Under the pieces are notes generated by a model that ran no database searches, was not told the DNA's origin, and worked only from the letters and a program-made list of their open reading frames with translations. This document shows, piece by piece, positions 36,073 to 44,782 of a DNA stretch of 64,000 nt; position 1 is the stretch's first letter; every line of letters starts with the position of its first letter. The stretch is taken from the IMG/VR virus record IMGVR_UViG_3300011427_000001, positions 1 through 64,000 of that record; one strand, given 5' to 3'. The stretch comes from a virus. Taxonomy: Duplodnaviria > Caudoviricetes. The translations under genes were made by a program, and so were the position numbers.

Positions 36073-36095
36073 GGGTCCTTTCGTTTTGCTGTTTA

Positions 36096-37037
36096 TTATC
36101 CAACGTCGCCTACAAGCATGGGCTCCAGCCAAAGCGTTTTGCGCAGCGTGCGACCGGGTCCATAGGGTTGCCGAGTGAAGTGACCGCGACGCCAGTGCAT
36201 GCGCACGTGACCACCCTGCGGCTCGAGTTTTTCAGTCCGCTGCACTGCATAGTTCTGCCCCACGATATTGGGCGACCAAAACTCACGGCGGGACTCCCCG
36301 GGACGCTTAGCTTTTACCGTACGCAAGCAGGTGCCCGGACTGACTTGGTCAGGGCGGGCGTTCATAACCAGCACGATTTTCATGGCCAATACTGTGAGCC
36401 ATTGGTTGAACTTGGCCTCCTCATCGGCCATGGGAGCAGCCAGTTCGTCACCCTGTCGTTCAACCCAGTTGTTGGCATTGTCCACGTCCTGCACCCTTGA
36501 TGAGTTTTCTGACAGTGACAGGTCGTACGTGTAAAGCTGGGGTGATTCGTGCACCAGGTACATCGAGATAAAGGCACCCAGCGGCACGTTGCGCGAGAAC
36601 CCCGGCAGGTGTGAATGTGTCAGCTTGCTGGCACTTTGCAAGCGACCCACGGCCACAAAAGCCACTTCGCCGCAGGTCGGGTGCTTCACTGAACCCCGTT
36701 CAAAGATGAGAATCATCCCGGGGTGCGGCATGGGGGTATCGGTCCACCGCATGTCCATCGGCAAGCTCGTATTCGCACACGCATTGACGATTGCGCTAGT
36801 GACAAAGAAGGTTGGCACCTTGTGCGCGTCCACACAGCATGCGGCCATAAATTGATTGCGGGCACCGGTGTTCTCAAGCCCCAGCTGCATGGCTGCGATG
36901 ACCGCATTCGCTAGGCACACTGCTGGTATCCGCGGGCTGTGGAACTTGCCGAGGTTGTCGTAGCTGCGGGGATAGCATTTCTCCCACAGCCCCGGGGCCG
37001 CAAGTCGAATGAACTTCTCCATCTCGTCGATACTCAT
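36096..37037 (-). CDS. Conserved phage hypothetical protein
   Basis: C-terminal HWRRGHFTRQPYG...LWLEPMLV motif. Confidence 0.75.
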   Translation of the reverse strand: MSIDEMEKFIRLAAPGLWEKCYPRSYDNLGKFHSPRIPAVCLANAVIAAMQLGLENTGARNQFMAACCVDAHKVPTFFVTSAIVNACANTSLPMDMRWTDTPMPHPGMILIFERGSVKHPTCGEVAFVAVGRLQSASKLTHSHLPGFSRNVPLGAFISMYLVHESPQLYTYDLSLSENSSRVQDVDNANNWVERQGDELAAPMADEEAKFNQWLTVLAMKIVLVMNARPDQVSPGTCLRTVKAKRPGESRREFWSPNIVGQNYAVQRTEKLEPQGGHVRMHWRRGHFTRQPYGPGRTLRKTLWLEPMLVGDVG

Positions 37038-37489
37038 TTGCGAAGGCGTTGAAAGTAAAAGACCGCACTGTCACCAATGCTGCCCACGACTGAGATGAGT
37101 TGCCATCCCAGCTTGCCAAGGTCGTTCAGCTCCTCTAAGGTGTCGGCCGCATCAGCCTCAGCGATCAAAGAGTGCATCTCGTACCCCTGCACCTGTTTGA
37201 CCTCGGGTAGAATAATGAAGTCGGTCAGGTAGCCGTGCTGCACGACCCCGTCAGCAAAGGCATACGAAAATTTGAGACTGCTGTCTCCGTCCGGAATCGC
37301 AGCCACAATCTCAGCTTCCTGGTCCAGGTAGGTTATCATCCAATGATGCATGTTCCCCACTGCATTCTTCAACGTATGTTCCCGGGACTGGCCCTTGGTC
37401 AGCATGTCGTCTACGTGTTTTTGGTAGCCGGGGAAGGCAAGGCGTACACGGCGCCCGATAAGATTTGTCATTGTCGATTTTGAGGCCAT
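37034..37489 (-). CDS. Hypothetical protein (possible DUF4177-like C-terminus)
   Basis: LNDLGKLGWQLISV...YFQR. Confidence 0.6.
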   Translation of the reverse strand: MASKSTMTNLIGRRVRLAFPGYQKHVDDMLTKGQSREHTLKNAVGNMHHWMITYLDQEAEIVAAIPDGDSSLKFSYAFADGVVQHGYLTDFIILPEVKQVQGYEMHSLIAEADAADTLEELNDLGKLGWQLISVVGSIGDSAVFYFQRLRK

Positions 37490-37567
37490 TAGATTCTTTC
37501 GTTTAGGTTGATGGGGGATTCTTCAGTGCAGGCGTTACCTGCAGACCCGCCTGTGCGGGTTTCGTCC

Positions 37568-38284
37568 TTAGTTCTTTCCATGCACCGGCAACAGCGCTCG
37601 GAACTCGTTGATCTGATCCATCTGGGTCAGCGTCGGGCACTTCTTGACGATGTGCGTGAACGCATTGAGCAGCCCCCAGCTCGTCGGGACTGCATGATCA
37701 CCAAACGTGGGGTGTCGGTACTCTTCGTCCACTTGCCCAATGCGGGACCACGGCATGATGCCCTGCCGGCCGCTCTCGACCAGCAAGTGCTCCACTTCCA
37801 CGGGCGCCAGCTCCCGTTGCTGCAGGGCCTCGATCTTCCCCGGGAGCTCCAGCGCCTTCGCATGGTACGTATCCATCGCCCCCTCCAGTGCACTGAACAG
37901 GTCAAACCCGCTGGTGTGCTTGTTACACAGCACCACGTCCCCGCTCACCATCCCGTTGTTGCACACGAACACTCGCGTACCGACCACGAGCTTGAGCTTG
38001 CGGCGCATCATGTTTGAGGTCAGAAACCCCAGCTCCAACGCCTGGCCGACCGGGAGCGTGACGTCGTTCACACGCAGTTGGAACGCCCCTGCGAGGTCGG
38101 CTCCATCTACGCTGAGCGAGAACTGCGACTTCTCGATGGTCCAGTTACGGGTCCGGCACTCATCTTCCACAGCATCAATCAGCATGCCGTGCGGGATGCC
38201 CTGCCAGAAGCTCTTGGCGTGGTTGGGACGCACGAGCGGGATTTGACGAACCTTTTCCAGTGTGGTGTTTGCGTTGCAGATCAT
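37568..38284 (-). CDS. DUF932/DUF945-family protein
   Basis: PHGMLID, VFVCNNGM, HTSG, SWGLLNAFTH. Confidence 0.8.
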   Translation of the reverse strand: MICNANTTLEKVRQIPLVRPNHAKSFWQGIPHGMLIDAVEDECRTRNWTIEKSQFSLSVDGADLAGAFQLRVNDVTLPVGQALELGFLTSNMMRRKLKLVVGTRVFVCNNGMVSGDVVLCNKHTSGFDLFSALEGAMDTYHAKALELPGKIEALQQRELAPVEVEHLLVESGRQGIMPWSRIGQVDEEYRHPTFGDHAVPTSWGLLNAFTHIVKKCPTLTQMDQINEFRALLPVHGKN

Positions 38285-38357
38285 GGTCTTGTCTCCTGTT
38301 GGTTTTGTTGTTACGGTTGTTCTTACTCGGTAAAAATAGTCGGTCTGTACCCTATTG

Positions 38358-38624
38358 TCAGTCCTGCTTCTTGGTCAGCTCTGCAAAGGTACCGTGCTGC
38401 ACTGCGAACGCTCCGAAGTGCCTCGCTTCGGTCTCAAACTGTGAGGCTCTCAGTTCCGGCAAGTGCAACTCGACAACACTGCAGCCGCTCGCAGGTCTCC
38501 AGAACATGAAGTGGGAGAACACCGGCTTGTCGCCATTATGCGGGAGTGAGGTCAAGTACGTTACAAACGCACCGGCGCGCACATCTCCGGCGCGGAACTT
38601 GATGAGTAGACTGGTATAGTTCAT
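38358..38624 (-). CDS. Hypothetical early protein
   Basis: 88-aa ORF with A/C-rich leader. Confidence 0.65.
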   Translation of the reverse strand: MNYTSLLIKFRAGDVRAGAFVTYLTSLPHNGDKPVFSHFMFWRPASGCSVVELHLPELRASQFETEARHFGAFAVQHGTFAELTKKQD

Positions 38625-38654
38625 TGTGGTTTTGGTTTTGACTGACGTTGAAAA

Positions 38655-38900
38655 TTAGTACCCTCCAACGATTGGGAAGCCGCTGTCCAAGCCCAGCACT
38701 TGCAAGCAATCGGTGCCCAAGCAAATCACCGTCCAGCGACCTGCGTCGTTGCGGCAAATGATGTGTGGGACTGTGTTCGCTCCGCTCTCCGCCATCTTCT
38801 TGACCAGCATCTCGCGGGTGGCGTAGGACTTGATGTATTTGTTATTGAGGTCAATCACTTGACCCCGCGCCGTCCTTTGCTGTGTTGCTGTGTTTTCCAT
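38655..38900 (-). CDS. Hypothetical early protein
   Basis: Start MENTAT set by the conserved leader. Confidence 0.65.
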   Translation of the reverse strand: MENTATQQRTARGQVIDLNNKYIKSYATREMLVKKMAESGANTVPHIICRNDAGRWTVICLGTDCLQVLGLDSGFPIVGGY

Positions 38901-38974
38901 GTTCACACGTTGGACAGTTGTGATTGTGCGAGCAAGCAGTTTTGCCCGTAAGAAGTGCGTGCTTTTGTAAACCA

Positions 38975-39003
38975 AACATACCCAACGACTTACCGACTGT
39001 CAA
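38975..39003 (-). promoter_or_regulatory. Early promoter P3 (TTGACA-17-TATGTT)
   Basis: Third copy of the cassette; divergent from the plus-strand operon. Confidence 0.8.
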
Positions 39004-39024
39004 AGTTTGTCCAGAAAATAGGCT

Positions 39025-39306
39025 ATGATTGAAGAACTGCGCTTTGACCTCGTGCAAAAGTGTCTGATAGAAGAAGACCGTCGCTGTATTACACTGGTCC
39101 GGCTGGTGGTACACGAAGAGCATCGAGGCATTGGTGTTGGGACTGCAGTGCTGCAGGAACTCAAACTGCAGGCCCGAAAGAAAGGCAAGACCTTGCGATT
39201 GGTAGTGGACCCTCAACTTGATGACACAGGACGTCAACGTCTCGTTCGCTTCTATCGCCAACGTGGCTTCCATCTGATGAGTGACGGAGAAACCATGATA
39301 TACTGA
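39025..39306 (+). CDS. Minimal GNAT acetyltransferase
   Basis: VHEEHRGIGVG motif A; LVRFYRQRGF. Confidence 0.85.
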   Translation: MIEELRFDLVQKCLIEEDRRCITLVRLVVHEEHRGIGVGTAVLQELKLQARKKGKTLRLVVDPQLDDTGRQRLVRFYRQRGFHLMSDGETMIY

Positions 39307-40322
39307 TGATCGAAAAGCTCACGCTCGAAGACTTTCAAACGCACACCAGTCGCGTGGTGCAGCTCAACAACCCCATCACGGTCATCGTGGGCGACACCGA
39401 TGTGGGTAAGTCTAGCATCATGCGAGCCGTGGCTTGGCTGGTATTCAACAAACCTGACAGTGACGCGTTCATCAATTGGGACGCAACCAAGACCACCGTG
39501 ACGTTGAAAGTCGATGGGCGCTGCATCATTCGAGAGCGTGGCAAGGGAGTGAACACCTACCAGGTAGATGACGTCCCGTACAAGGCCTTCGGTCGCGATG
39601 TGCCAGAAGAGGTGTCGCAACTCCTGCGCCTCGGCCCGGTCAACTTTCAGTTTCAGCACGATGCCTCGTTTTGGTTTTCCCAGTCGGCTGGTGAGGTCTC
39701 GAGGCAGCTGAATCACATTATCGACCTGAGCGTGATTGACAACACCCTGTCTGACATCGCGGCCAAACTGCGGCAGGTGCAGGAGCGGGTATCAGTGAGC
39801 GACCAGCGAGCAAAAGAACTCAAGGTCAAGCACGACACTCTCAAACCCATCACCGAGACTGATGCTGCTTTGGTAGGCGTCGAATCAGCGCACGACACGC
39901 TTGAACGCACGGTCCAGCAAAAGCAGCGTCTGTCCAAAATAATTGTTGATACCGAGGGGAACCAACAGCGTAGCCGCGAAGCGCAAGCATTCGTCAAGGC
40001 CGCGTCACAAGTCACGCAAGCGGCTGAGACCTTTCGCATCTTCAAGAACAAGGCGGACCTGTTGCATGATCTGATTTTGACCGTAAAGAGTTTCAAGCAA
40101 AAGGCCGAAGTCGCCCTGCCTGATTTCAGCAAGCTGACCAAAGCCAAAGCGGAATCCGACCGCGCAACAGCCCAGCGCAAGGCCTTGGAAGCAACCTACG
40201 TCAACGCCTATCGCAACCAAACGGTCTGGAACACTTCGACTATTGAAGCGAAACGAGTCCACCAACTGTTGCATGAAAAGACCGAGGGGCGCTGTGTGCT
40301 GTGCGGACACACGATACCATGA
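39306..40322 (+). CDS. SbcC/Rad50-like ATPase, N-terminal half
   Basis: FQTH, GDTDVGKSS Walker A, Q-loop, coiled coil, terminal CVLC hook. Confidence 0.88.
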   Translation: MIEKLTLEDFQTHTSRVVQLNNPITVIVGDTDVGKSSIMRAVAWLVFNKPDSDAFINWDATKTTVTLKVDGRCIIRERGKGVNTYQVDDVPYKAFGRDVPEEVSQLLRLGPVNFQFQHDASFWFSQSAGEVSRQLNHIIDLSVIDNTLSDIAAKLRQVQERVSVSDQRAKELKVKHDTLKPITETDAALVGVESAHDTLERTVQQKQRLSKIIVDTEGNQQRSREAQAFVKAASQVTQAAETFRIFKNKADLLHDLILTVKSFKQKAEVALPDFSKLTKAKAESDRATAQRKALEATYVNAYRNQTVWNTSTIEAKRVHQLLHEKTEGRCVLCGHTIP

Positions 40323-41230
40323 CCAAACCCGTTGCCATCCTTTGCTCTGACCTGCACCTGCAGGAATCCGCTCCCGTGGCCCGTTCTGCAGAACCCGACT
40401 GGTACAAAGCCATGCTTCGGCCCATCAAGCAACTGCGTGACGCCGCTGCGAAGTACGACGTGCCGGTAGTGTGTGCGGGGGATGTGTTCGACTATTGGAA
40501 AGCCCCGCCCGAGGTCATCAACTTTGCTTTGGAAGAGCTGCCCGATATGTTTGCTGTCCCGGGACAGCATGACCTCCCACTGCATCAGATGCGAGACCTG
40601 CACAAGAGCGCCTTTGGCACATTGGTGCAAGCCGGTAAGATCAAGTTGTTACAATATGACAAGCCCTATCTCATCAAGGGTGCCTACCTTTGGGGCTTCC
40701 CGTGGGATACTGAGTTGCGAGTACCCAATACACTTGATACCCGAAGCGGCAACTTGAATGTCGCAGTGGTGCACGCCTACGTCTGGCAGAAGGACGCAGG
40801 GTACCCCGGCGCCCCCGAAACGAAACGGGTAGGTTGCTACCACGACCAACTGAAAGGGTTTGATGTCGCAGTGTTTGGCGACAATCACATTCCCTTCTTG
40901 CGTCACTTTGAAGACATGGCCGTGTTCAACCACGGTGGGTTCATGCGTCGCAAGATAAACGAGCAGGACCTGCAGCCCGCGTTCGGCTTGTTGATGAGCA
41001 ACGGACGGGTGGAACTGCTCAAGCAGGATGTCAGCAAAGACCGTTTCATTGAACGCAAAGTCGACCCCGTGATAGAACAGGACGAAAAGTTCCTGCACAC
41101 GTTTCTAGAAGAGTTGAACGCTCTGGGTCACACCAAGCTGGACTTCCTGGAAGCAGTGCAACACTACCTTCGCACGTACGAAATCTCCGACGGGGCACGG
41201 GAACTGATACTAGAAACAATCCACCGATGA
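40319..41230 (+). CDS. SbcD/Mre11-like nuclease
   Basis: SDLH, AGDVFD, PGQHD, VVHAY, GDNH. Confidence 0.9.
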   Translation: MTKPVAILCSDLHLQESAPVARSAEPDWYKAMLRPIKQLRDAAAKYDVPVVCAGDVFDYWKAPPEVINFALEELPDMFAVPGQHDLPLHQMRDLHKSAFGTLVQAGKIKLLQYDKPYLIKGAYLWGFPWDTELRVPNTLDTRSGNLNVAVVHAYVWQKDAGYPGAPETKRVGCYHDQLKGFDVAVFGDNHIPFLRHFEDMAVFNHGGFMRRKINEQDLQPAFGLLMSNGRVELLKQDVSKDRFIERKVDPVIEQDEKFLHTFLEELNALGHTKLDFLEAVQHYLRTYEISDGARELILETIHR

Positions 41231-41475
41231 TTGATCTCAAGACCTATGAAAAGTTGAAAGCGGCCGTTAACGAGAAGCAACGGGAAGCGGACCGCGCCAA
41301 AGGTGCGTTTGACCAGAACGTCAAACAGCTGAAGGAGGAGTTCGGTTGCAACAGCTTGAAGGAAGCACGCGACAAGCTCGAGCAACTGACAGCATCGGAA
41401 GAGAAAGCCGAACAGGAATATGATCGGCTACTACGTGACTTCCAGCGGGAGTGGTCTCATGTCGTCTCCACTTGA
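41227..41475 (+). CDS. Short coiled-coil protein (possible Rad50 arm segment)
   Basis: Heptad pattern; coupled. Confidence 0.65.
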   Translation: MIDLKTYEKLKAAVNEKQREADRAKGAFDQNVKQLKEEFGCNSLKEARDKLEQLTASEEKAEQEYDRLLRDFQREWSHVVST

Positions 41476-42034
41476 CACCTACCGTTCGCAAGTGAACGAA
41501 AAGCTGATGCAGTTCCGCGCCGCGAAGGAGTCATATCAAACTGAATGGGATGCACTGACCAAGGCCGAGGACCTGTTGACCAACACGCTCGAGGCGCAGA
41601 AGGTTCTGCAAGCCGTAGCGCAGACCGTGCAACAGCAAGCGCACGACCGCATCGCTGGAGTGGTGACCCGCTGCCTCGAGGCGGTCTTCCCCGACGACCC
41701 CTATGAGTTCAAGATCCTGTTCGAACAGAAACGGGGGCGTACCGAAGCAAGGCTCGTGTTTATGCGCCGGGGACACGAGGTCGACCCTCTTACCGCAAGC
41801 GGTGGAGGGGCGGTAGACGTAGCTGCGTTTGCTTTGCGGGTCTCGTGCATAATGCTGTCCAAACCCCCGGTAAGGCGGATACTCTTTCTCGATGAACCCT
41901 TCCGCTTCGTCTCGGTCAAGTATCGGGACCGAGTGCGACGCATGCTCGAAGCTCTGGCTGACGACCTCAAGATGCAGTTCGTCTTCTCCACCCACATGCC
42001 GGAGCTCCGGACGGGTGAGATAATTCAGCTCTAG
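41459..42034 (+). CDS. SbcC/Rad50-like ATPase, C-terminal half
   Basis: Signature ASGGG, Walker B LFLDEPF, H-loop FSTH. Confidence 0.88.
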   Translation: MSSPLDTYRSQVNEKLMQFRAAKESYQTEWDALTKAEDLLTNTLEAQKVLQAVAQTVQQQAHDRIAGVVTRCLEAVFPDDPYEFKILFEQKRGRTEARLVFMRRGHEVDPLTASGGGAVDVAAFALRVSCIMLSKPPVRRILFLDEPFRFVSVKYRDRVRRMLEALADDLKMQFVFSTHMPELRTGEIIQL

Positions 42035-42042
42035 ATGGTAAA

Positions 42043-42068
42043 GGCGTGCTGTTGCGACGCAGCACGCC
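42043..42068. terminator. Hairpin between convergent operons
   Basis: GGCGTGCTG-8-CAGCACGCC; short T run on minus strand only. Confidence 0.55.
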
Positions 42069-42131
42069 AGTCCCCCACCCCTAGGAACGAAGTACCCACA
42101 ACAACAAACCTAGGAGCGGAAATTCTTCCTG

Positions 42132-42296
42132 TCACCCCGCTCTGGGCATCTTGATTGCCACAATAGCCCATGCGACCGCGTCCACTACAGCCAGGGCCCG
42201 CAAAATGAAGTCACTGTACTCAATGCGCAGGTTGGTAATCCCCAGCAGACCGAACAGCAACAGGAAGCAAGCCAGCAGTATGATTGCGATTTTCAT
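42132..42296 (-). CDS. Small 2-TM protein (54 aa), holin-like
   Basis: Hand-translated MKIAIILLACFLLLFGLLG...; A/C-rich leader. Confidence 0.6.
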   Translation of the reverse strand: MKIAIILLACFLLLFGLLGITNLRIEYSDFILRALAVVDAVAWAIVAIKMPRAG

Positions 42297-42345
42297 GTGA
42301 TTTGGTTTTTTGGTTCTACTTTTCAGCCAAGCAGCAGACGTGAAA

Positions 42346-42807
42346 TTATTTTTTCAGATACAAAGAAATTGCCACAATTACACTGATCACTGAAATTGTA
42401 GCCATAACCAAGTTTGGTATCAACCCGAGATAGAAGCCCTGTTGGCTCATCTTACCACTCGACGCTCCCTGTTCGATGCTGCGAGCCTCTCGTAGAACGG
42501 TAATATCCACCCTGAGTAATCGCACCTCTCGTTCCAACTGTTCCCGAAGAAGGGTCAATGATGTCTCCGTTTCCTTGCGGGGCATCAAGGTTGCCGCTTG
42601 ATCAGAAAGCTGCCCTCGAAACTCATTGGCCCGTTCCCTTTGTTCTTGGGCAGTCGATTCAGCTTTCGTGATTGCTACTTTGCTGGCTTCATAGATCGCA
42701 GCGTTGTATTTATCTGACGCAGCAAAATGATCGGTGTAACGCCGATCACGCTCGTCAAGCAAACGCATTACCTCATTCACCATTAGGATTCGATTTCTTT
42801 CTTTCAT
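42346..42807 (-). CDS. Coiled-coil protein with C-terminal TM helix
   Basis: Terminal LIPNLVMATISVISVIVAISLYLKK; start uncertain. Confidence 0.6.
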   Translation of the reverse strand: MKERNRILMVNEVMRLLDERDRRYTDHFAASDKYNAAIYEASKVAITKAESTAQEQRERANEFRGQLSDQAATLMPRKETETSLTLLREQLEREVRLLRVDITVLREARSIEQGASSGKMSQQGFYLGLIPNLVMATISVISVIVAISLYLKK

Positions 42808-42814
42808 GGGGAAT

Positions 42815-43219
42815 TCAGTTACCTCCGTCTCTTCCGCTCTTAGCGTCATCCCTTCTACCATTGAGCGCGCGAATGTCAGCGTCCTGCCGAGCATCCGTTA
42901 TGTCTTTTTGATTACGCCAACGACTCCATTCCCCATTGTTAGAAGATGTTTCCTCTTTCAACTCCCTAATCGCGACCCGGGCATCGGTAATGCCTAGTGT
43001 CAAGGTATCTTTCAGATGGGCACTCTCCAGCCTCATCAAAGTTTGAGCATTAGCCAAGTCTGTCTGAGTGTCCTTGATGTTGTTCAGTAAAACTAACACG
43101 GCAGCGGTACCCACAGCTACGGCAGAGATTAGTCCCCAAAATTGGGGCAAAGATAATCTCACGCGGGTCAGGTCTGGGACAATATCACCGTGTTCATTTT
43201 TTCTGGTTGGGTGTGTCAT
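42815..43219 (-). CDS. Single-TM coiled-coil protein
   Basis: FWGLISAVAVGTAAVLVLL then coiled coil. Confidence 0.65.
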   Translation of the reverse strand: MTHPTRKNEHGDIVPDLTRVRLSLPQFWGLISAVAVGTAAVLVLLNNIKDTQTDLANAQTLMRLESAHLKDTLTLGITDARVAIRELKEETSSNNGEWSRWRNQKDITDARQDADIRALNGRRDDAKSGRDGGN

Positions 43220-43230
43220 GAAATCTAAGG

Positions 43231-44334
43231 TTACGCCGCCTTTTTACGTTTGGCAATCGCTCTGAGCTCTAGAATTAAGGCCTTCTGGTTATCATCCAGC
43301 GTGCTGCTCATTTGACCGAAGATGGGATCTTCGTTGGGGGTTTCCTTCAAGTGAATGAGTTCAGACAACTTGGTAAGGGTGGCTTCTGCTTCCGTGGCGT
43401 CTTTGTCGAGCGTCTTGCGCTCCTTGTTCTCGCGCCACTCGCTCCAAAGGTAGCCTGCAATGCCGAGCACACTCAAAGAGCCACCCACGATGACGACCCA
43501 CTTGAACCACCACTGGTTAATCGTCCACGCGCACGCAAAGCAAAACGCAGCGGCTCCCGCAAAGACCCCGGCCTTGGTTAGTGAGCCAATCAGGTTGCCC
43601 GCTTGCACGCCTGTGTAGGCAATGAACGCTCCAATGAGAATGAGCACGACACCCGCCCCAATTAGCCACTTGCCCATGCTCCGCATGAATGCTTTGCGCT
43701 CCTTATCCAGCTCCCCTTCGTAATACGACTTCTGGTTATTGAGCACAGTCTGATTGGCGATGCGGTTCTCTTCCAGTTTGGCCAGGTGGTCAGCGGTCGC
43801 CTTCTTCAACTGTGCTTGAGCGAAGTCCCGGTCCCGGTCCGATTGAGCCTTCTGCTCCTGAAGGGTTGCGAGGTCACCCACCAATTGCATTGCCGCAATG
43901 TTACCCCTCTCATACGCCTTGCGTGCCTCCTCCGCTTTCCCCGCCTCGACAAGGGCCTTTCTTTGCGCGGCAGCGACCGCTTCAACGGGGTCCTCCTGCA
44001 CATCCGCCAGCTTGGCTTGTGCTAGTCCAAGCTCTCCATCCACGATAACCTTTGGTGGACCGTCGGGGTTGCTCTTGTTCTCTTCCCGGGCTGCGGTGAC
44101 ATTGGCTTTGACTTCCGCTGCCCTTGCTTGGTTCTTGGCCTGCAGAGCCACGTTCGCCTCTTCACTCCTTTTGACCGCAGCGGCCACGGCTGCATCAGCA
44201 TCAACCAACGGGGCCGTTTGCCCCAACGTGGCAGTGGGCTTCGCTGGTGGTATTGGCTTGGACCAGAAACAAGCTGACACCAACGTCAGCAGAATTAGCG
44301 ACAGGACAAAGATGCCAGCTTGTTTCTTGGTCAT
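43231..44334 (-). CDS. Lipoprotein-signal + coiled coil + 3-TM protein (spanin-like topology)
   Basis: MTKK, hydrophobic core, VSAC lipobox; three hydrophobic helices near the C-terminus. Confidence 0.6.
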   Translation of the reverse strand: MTKKQAGIFVLSLILLTLVSACFWSKPIPPAKPTATLGQTAPLVDADAAVAAAVKRSEEANVALQAKNQARAAEVKANVTAAREENKSNPDGPPKVIVDGELGLAQAKLADVQEDPVEAVAAAQRKALVEAGKAEEARKAYERGNIAAMQLVGDLATLQEQKAQSDRDRDFAQAQLKKATADHLAKLEENRIANQTVLNNQKSYYEGELDKERKAFMRSMGKWLIGAGVVLILIGAFIAYTGVQAGNLIGSLTKAGVFAGAAAFCFACAWTINQWWFKWVVIVGGSLSVLGIAGYLWSEWRENKERKTLDKDATEAEATLTKLSELIHLKETPNEDPIFGQMSSTLDDNQKALILELRAIAKRKKAA

Positions 44335-44337
44335 CGG

Positions 44338-44748
44338 TTAGCCCTCCTTGATGAGATCGTACTGCATCAGCACCGAGCTGACGCCCATGGGCAGTCCCTT
44401 TGCTTCAAGAATTGCTTTCTCGGGGATGAGGCGGTAGTCAACGTCTTCCTTTGAATCCAGAATAGGCTGGATTGCGGCCAGAAAATCGGCTTCTTCTGGC
44501 GAGCCAGCTTTGACCTTGATTTTGCCGACGTCCGGATCATCCTCATCCGTGACGAGCTTGCCGTGCTTCTTAATTAAAGCGTCACGGGTTTTATCGTAGG
44601 TCTTGGTCGCGCTCTCGGCCTTGCTGAGATTGCGAGTCAAGTCGTAACGGGCCTTACTTTCGATGTCGATGGGCTTGATAGCGTCCGCTTCGGCAGCGGC
44701 TCGCAGTGCGGCCCGGATGTGTACGTGTTTTTCAATCTCTAGTTGCAT
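44338..44748 (-). CDS. Tail-fibre-associated protein (DUF1617-like)
   Basis: RYDLTRNL...YDKTRDALIKKHG; directly after the fibre gene. Confidence 0.55.
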   Translation of the reverse strand: MQLEIEKHVHIRAALRAAAEADAIKPIDIESKARYDLTRNLSKAESATKTYDKTRDALIKKHGKLVTDEDDPDVGKIKVKAGSPEEADFLAAIQPILDSKEDVDYRLIPEKAILEAKGLPMGVSSVLMQYDLIKEG

Positions 44749-44782
44749 TTGGGTTCTTCGTTTTTGGTTTCCTGACAAAATG

